Below, one piece after another: positions 59,034-64,000 of a DNA stretch of 64,000 nt. Location of the stretch: the NCBI RefSeq assembly GCF_000281045.1, contig NW_008246145.1:81760-145759 (forward strand), in the 5' to 3' direction. The notes beneath the pieces were generated by a model that saw nothing but the letters and a program-made list of their open reading frames with translations, was not told the origin of the DNA and searched no databases. Positions within the stretch are counted from its first letter, which is position 1. Every line of letters begins with the position of its first letter. Both the position numbers and the translations under genes were made by a program. This DNA is from Saprolegnia diclina VS20 (taxonomy: Eukaryota).

Positions 59034-62000
59034 CTAGTCGGACGCCCACCCGTCGGACGAGTCGTCGTCCCACTCGACGTCGCCGAGGTCCGTCTTGGGC
59101 TCAAACACCACGTTGGTGGGGCCACTCGGTGCCGATGCCGGTGTCGACGTCGGTGTGGCCGTCGGTGCCCTGGCACCACCGAGCCGCTCGCAGTGGCGGC
59201 ACCTACTCAACCCTGGAGTGCTGAACAGAGGAGCGACGAGGTCATACCGTCCGCTGTCCTGCACGAGGTCGACGCCCCAGCCAGCGCATGTCGCACACCG
59301 CGGCAGTGTCGTCGGCTCTTGCTTGGCCGGAGCCGGTCCGTACACCGACGGCGGCGCTTCGGGACCTACCATCGGTCCCGGCATCGGTCCCGGCATGCCA
59401 CCAAACATGCCGTAGCCGCCTTGCGGTGGCATCATCATCATGGGCGGCATCATCATCATGACCACCGGTGGCATATTCGGAAAGCCTGGCGCTTGCATCG
59501 CATAGCCCCCTGGAAACGGCGTCATTGGCGACGGCACGGGCGGTGACGGCACGGGCGTCGACGGTCGGACGGGTGTCGTCGGCGGGCTACACCGCCGCGA
59601 TACACCAACATGCGTAGCAAGGAGCTGACGTACTGGAGGATCGGACGGCGCGTGTGCGTATGTTTGGGCGGCTTGCGGTGCACAAAGGACGCGCACGCGT
59701 CACAGAGGTGCCGCTGGACGCACTCGAGACACTCCTGCGTCGCGCTCGCCGACTCGCAGCACTGGCAAAACGGCACTATGACGTCATATTGTCTTCTCCG
59801 CATACGACAATAGTGTGCATATTCCTACCCGACACGAGCGCCAGCGTATGGTTGAGCAGGGTACCATACCGCTCGTGCTGCGCGACCACGCACGCGTCAC
59901 AAAAGATGGTCGCGCACTCGAGACACCTAGCCCTGATCAAGACATGTCGCATGCTTGTGTAGGATGCTACCGCTGCGTGGGCGGCCCGGCCTTGCAGTGC
60001 GGGCAGATCGAGAGGTCTTGCGTGTCGACCTGTGGCGGCAGCAGCTCGGTCACGGGACGCGCAGATTTGACATCGAACGCGACAATCGCCGTGTCTATGT
60101 CGGCACTCGATGCATTGATACTTTTGAAACAACAAGGACGTACGCTGGGACGGCGGCGGGTCGGCGCGCGGGGACGGCGGCGCTTGCACCGGTGTGAGCT
60201 CGGCGGGCTTGATCCATACGCTTTTCTCCGTGACTGCGTTGTAGTAGTACGTGCGCCCGTCCGGTGCCGTGTGCTCCGACCACGCTTCGGGCTACGCAGA
60301 GCGCGTCACGACTGTCTCGTCGAGACCAAGGCATCCTACACTGTTGGGCAAGAGGGACGACGACGGTGGCGCGTCTGGCACGACCTAGACATCGAGTGGG
60401 TGGGTGGCGCCATCTAGATAAGTGGTTCTTACGTGGTCGACAACGGGTGTTGTCGCGGCGACAGCCTAGCCTCGCGCCAATGATCTATCGCTGCAGTTGA
60501 AAGCGTCGTACCTCGTTTGGACTGCTGCTGTCGTCGAGGACGTTGACTTTCTTGGTCGGTTTGGTCGACCGGCTGCGCTTGGTGGTTGCCACCGGTGCCT
60601 ATTCATATGCCGTCTTGTGAGTGTCGACACGACGCGTCGCGCACCGCAAGCGGCTCGTCGCTCGACGACGTCGACGCTTCGAGCACGGCTTTTTTCGACT
60701 TCATTTTTTGGATTTTTTTGGGAATCATTTTCTTGCGTGGCTTTTGCAGCGGCTAGAGAGCATAGCGCATTGGCGGTAGCGGCGTGGGACGGACGTACCA
60801 GTACAGATGCGACCGGTGGCGCTGGCTGCGACGGCGGGACGGGCGCCTTGCTCTTTTCGGCTTTTTTGCTTTTTTTCGCTTTTTTTGCTGGATTGGCTCG
60901 TTTGGCGCCGACCGGCTCGTGAACCTCATCGACCTACGCAGTGCTTGTATCTCATACATCGAATCGTGGTCGTGCTACTGGCGGCGTAGGAGCTACGTCG
61001 TTGCTTGTGTGGGTCACCGCAGCAGCTTCTTGCAGCACTTGGGCTTCGACGTCGCCCCACTCGTCCATGGGAAATGAAAAGGGATCCGCGTCCTTGTCCG
61101 CGTCCTTGTCCGCGTCCTTGTCCGCGTCCTTGTTGTTGGCCGTTGAGGCGGCTTGCGCCTGCTTCTTGAGCTCGAGCTCCCGCAGAAAGGCGTCGGTATC
61201 GTCCTCTTCCATCGCAAACAGACTGCCTTGTCGTTGCTGGCGCTTGAGCTACGTAGTTTCAATATATCAAGACAACAACAAACACCCAGTCGGTGGTACC
61301 CGAAGGCGTTCGGCTGTCGAGAGCGTCGGGTCCACCGCTTCGGTCGCGTCGACGGCGGTGTCAACAACGTCGTCGTTCGCACTGGGCGACCGATTGATGG
61401 GCTGCGGCCCCGCGCTACGCAGAGCGTGTCCTCACGGCGGCAGAGGAGCGATGCGACGTACCCAAGGAGCTTCTCAAGGGTCGACGCCATCGTCTTCTTC
61501 GTTGGCGCATCGTCCTCGCTGGTTTCATCTTCGAACCGAAGCTTCTTGGTCGACGGTGGTTTGGTGGCGGCTTCCTGCAGAGCGTTAGGTCGACAGCAAG
61601 GTGTCGTTGTACCGGCTGTGGCTCGACGGCAACGACCGCGGTCGGCTCGTCGTCGCTCATGACGACAGGTGCGTCATCGGGTGTCGGGCGCGATGCTGAC
61701 TCGTTGGGCTTCTTCTTGGACGACCGACGGCGGTCGAGGCCCGGCGAAGCGGTGACAGCAAGCGAGGCAACGACGACTGGCACCGGTACTTCGGGGTTGT
61801 CCCATCTACTCTCCCCGGTGCGCTAGTAGTACCGTCCATCATGAGCGCCATGCGACCCCTTCGTAGGACGAGGCAGGTCGTACCGCGTTGAAGTAGTAGA
61901 CTTGACCGTCTTCGGCTTCGTACGCCTTCCAGTCGCTCTGTGCATATCCGCATACGTGAAGCCGTCGTTGGGCGTTGTTGGTGGAGTACCTTGGGGCCTC

Positions 62001-62720
62001 TGGCAGCCTTTTCTTTGGCCTTCTTCTCTACAAGGCGCCGCGTCAACTCAGCGAGCGGACGAGCGACGTACTAGCTTTGAGGCGAAGGCTCTTGGAGCGC
62101 TGCAGCTCTTCGTGCTCTTGCTGCTCTGTCGCAATGCGCGCGCGGCGCTCGACCTCGGCTTGGCGAATCTACGCAGAGCAACGTCGTCGCGAGTCGTTGG
62201 AGTGAAAGCCCGTACCTTTTCCTGCTGCGCGACCTGCTCGAGGTACTGCAGCGCCTGACTCGCCTCCTTGCTCTCGGGATACAGCGATGCGAGCAAGAAG
62301 AGCTTCCATTGCCGGCGGTCGGCTTCCTTTGCCAGCACCAGCCATAGCGTCGTGACCTTCCCGGCCTTGCCGTCGTCGTCGTCGGACCCGCTCCCACGCA
62401 CCTCGCGCTGGCAGTCGACACGCAGCCCGACGTTCTCGGCGTCGACGCCCTTGAGCTTCTTGTCAATGAGCCACTCGTGCACGTGCAAAATGCGGTACAT
62501 CCGGTCTCGCTCCACGTCGGCGAGCAGGCCGCCAGCGAGGACTTGCAGCCGGCATGGCTTCCTATCGGGTCAGCGTGACGTGGCACGCTGTGGTGCAAAA
62601 GTCGTACAAGGTCTTTTGGCCGGCTTTGCGCCGAACGACGCCCTCGTAGTAGACGGCGAACGCGGGCGACGGCGCCGCGGCCTCGGACCCGCTCGCGCTG
62701 CCTTCGTCCGAATCGCTCAT
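59034..62720 (-). CDS. Multi-exon protein with a PH-like N-terminus, two WW domains, two B-box zinc fingers, a Pro/Met-rich region and a C-terminal CxxC-CxxC motif
   Basis: WW1 SDWKAYEAEDGQVYYFNARTGESRWDNP (about 61793-61937); WW2 EAWSEHTAPDGRTYYYNAVTEKSVWIKP (about 60205-60291); B-boxes CPHC...CLECATIFCDACVVAQH and CQCC...CLECVQRHLCDACASFVH; CATCAGWG...CRHC. The PH assignment is tentative. Confidence 0.75.
61084..61131 (-). repeat. 4 x 12-bp coding repeat (KDAD)
   Basis: tccgcgtccttg repeated four times on the plus strand. Confidence 0.9.
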
Positions 62721-62849
62721 CCTCGCACTGGGATGATTTTTAGCCAATCCGCATCCGCATTGCCAATTGCACCTATCGGATTGGTGCATATCGCAGCAAT
62801 TATATCTCTTTTTAGCCAATCCACGCTAGATTTCATGGCAGCGTTTGAC

Positions 62850-64000
62850 ACATACACTGGATCGATTCCAGTGTTTCCACCCAATGTCTTGTGAACGCGT
62901 CCTGACGAGCTCTCTAGCGATCGCAAGCGGCTCCCAGCACTGGAGGCTCCGTCATGTGCACGTCGTCGTCTTCACTGGACTGTCCATGGTACTAGCTATA
63001 TCGGCAATTCGCCAGTAGTGCGGGAGTGTTGAATTTACTGGCGCGCCGCATAGAAAAAGAGAGGGAAAAAATCCTGGATCCTATTTTATCATCATTTTAT
63101 TCCAGCGCCAGCGCCACGGGCTCTCCCCGGATTACGCAATCGTGGTAGCTTGATTACGTCATATCACTGGCTCCAGTAGTGTGCTTGTCCAATCAGAACG
63201 GGGCCGGATAAGCAACAACGCTGCCGGAAAAGCCAGATGCGCCGGCTCTGATTGGACAAAATGAAGGATTTTTACAAGGCCCGTCAAGGCCGCTCACAAG
63301 GCCACCAGGTATCGGTCCGCAATGGGCCGTGCTCGTGCACCCAAGAAGCTATCTCCCGCCCGGTACCGTGCACCCGTCCAAGAAGGAGCGTCGGATGCGC
63401 CTCGTCTACCCGAATGACCAGGACGTGTGCTTGGATTGCCGCAACCCCGCACTACTTTGCGACTAAGCTCAACCCGGCCAAGTACAAGTACGTCGCCAGC
63501 TATCTCTCGACTTGCGCCAATGGCATGCCTAGGAACATAATCCACAGACAAGGCGACAACACGCCACAAGTGCAGCTTCCGCAAGCGCAAGCGACTAGTG
63601 GGGACGACGCGTCGCAAGTGCAGCAGCCGCAAGCGCAAGCGACTACTCAAGCAGACGCGCCCGGCGCGATACCGTCGTACGTCTTACTCTCACTTTCGAT
63701 GCACTATCTCTTACGTGCTATGTGTAGAATGGTCGAGGATGCGCTCGTAGAAGGAGCGAGAGGGCACCCTGCCGTCTTCGTACGGTCCGCGCCCTAAAGA
63801 TCCTCTCGACGCAGCAAGTGGCCATCGTGGAAGTACACGCTGCCCGATGCGTCCTTGAGCCTTGGCTCGGTTCCAGACCCCGGCGCCTTTCTCTTTGGCG
63901 GCTGCGACGTCCACGTCTGGTGCCCGTTCACTTCCTACTCGCATCTCATCGACGTTGCCAATCGTGCCCGGCGTGCGGCAGCAAGTACCAACTCCGTAGC
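62850..64000 (+). mobile_element. Possible degenerate transposon-like element running off the right edge
   Basis: A CACTGG/CCAGTAGTG motif cluster at 62854-63182, then frameshifted coding pieces GTLPSSY / SWKYTLPD...PDPGAFLFGGCDVHVWCP / SCPACGSKYQLRS. Internal direct repeat at about 63566-63645. Confidence 0.35.

Overview
GC-rich eukaryotic DNA with very short GT-AG introns (mostly about 40-75 nt) and oomycete-type gene families, most consistent with a Saprolegniales water mould (Saprolegnia-like; taxonomy is inferred). About 20 genes are recognisable. Conserved genes: TOR kinase (about 50 introns), PAN3, ETF-beta, V-ATPase subunit G, 2-Cys peroxiredoxin, a GPR107/108-like 7TM protein and a 3R-MYB factor. 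Less characterised genes: an intronless 1734-aa membrane protein made of two tandem copies of one module, a multi-EF-hand protein, an Sfi1-like repeat protein, ankyrin and LRR proteins, a WW/B-box protein, two tandem bZIP genes with His in place of the invariant Asn, and two paralogous TM-RanBP2/NZF-HECT E3 ligases that flank TOR. The main non-coding signal is a TTG(G)ATAC/GTATC(C)AA motif recurring in both orientations in TOR introns, with inverted pairs bracketing FRB/kinase exons. Several intergenic regions carry their own clusters of repeated motifs, and a probable frameshifted transposon-like element begins at the right edge. No rRNA, tRNA or CRISPR was seen. All gene models were spliced by eye, with no database searches.
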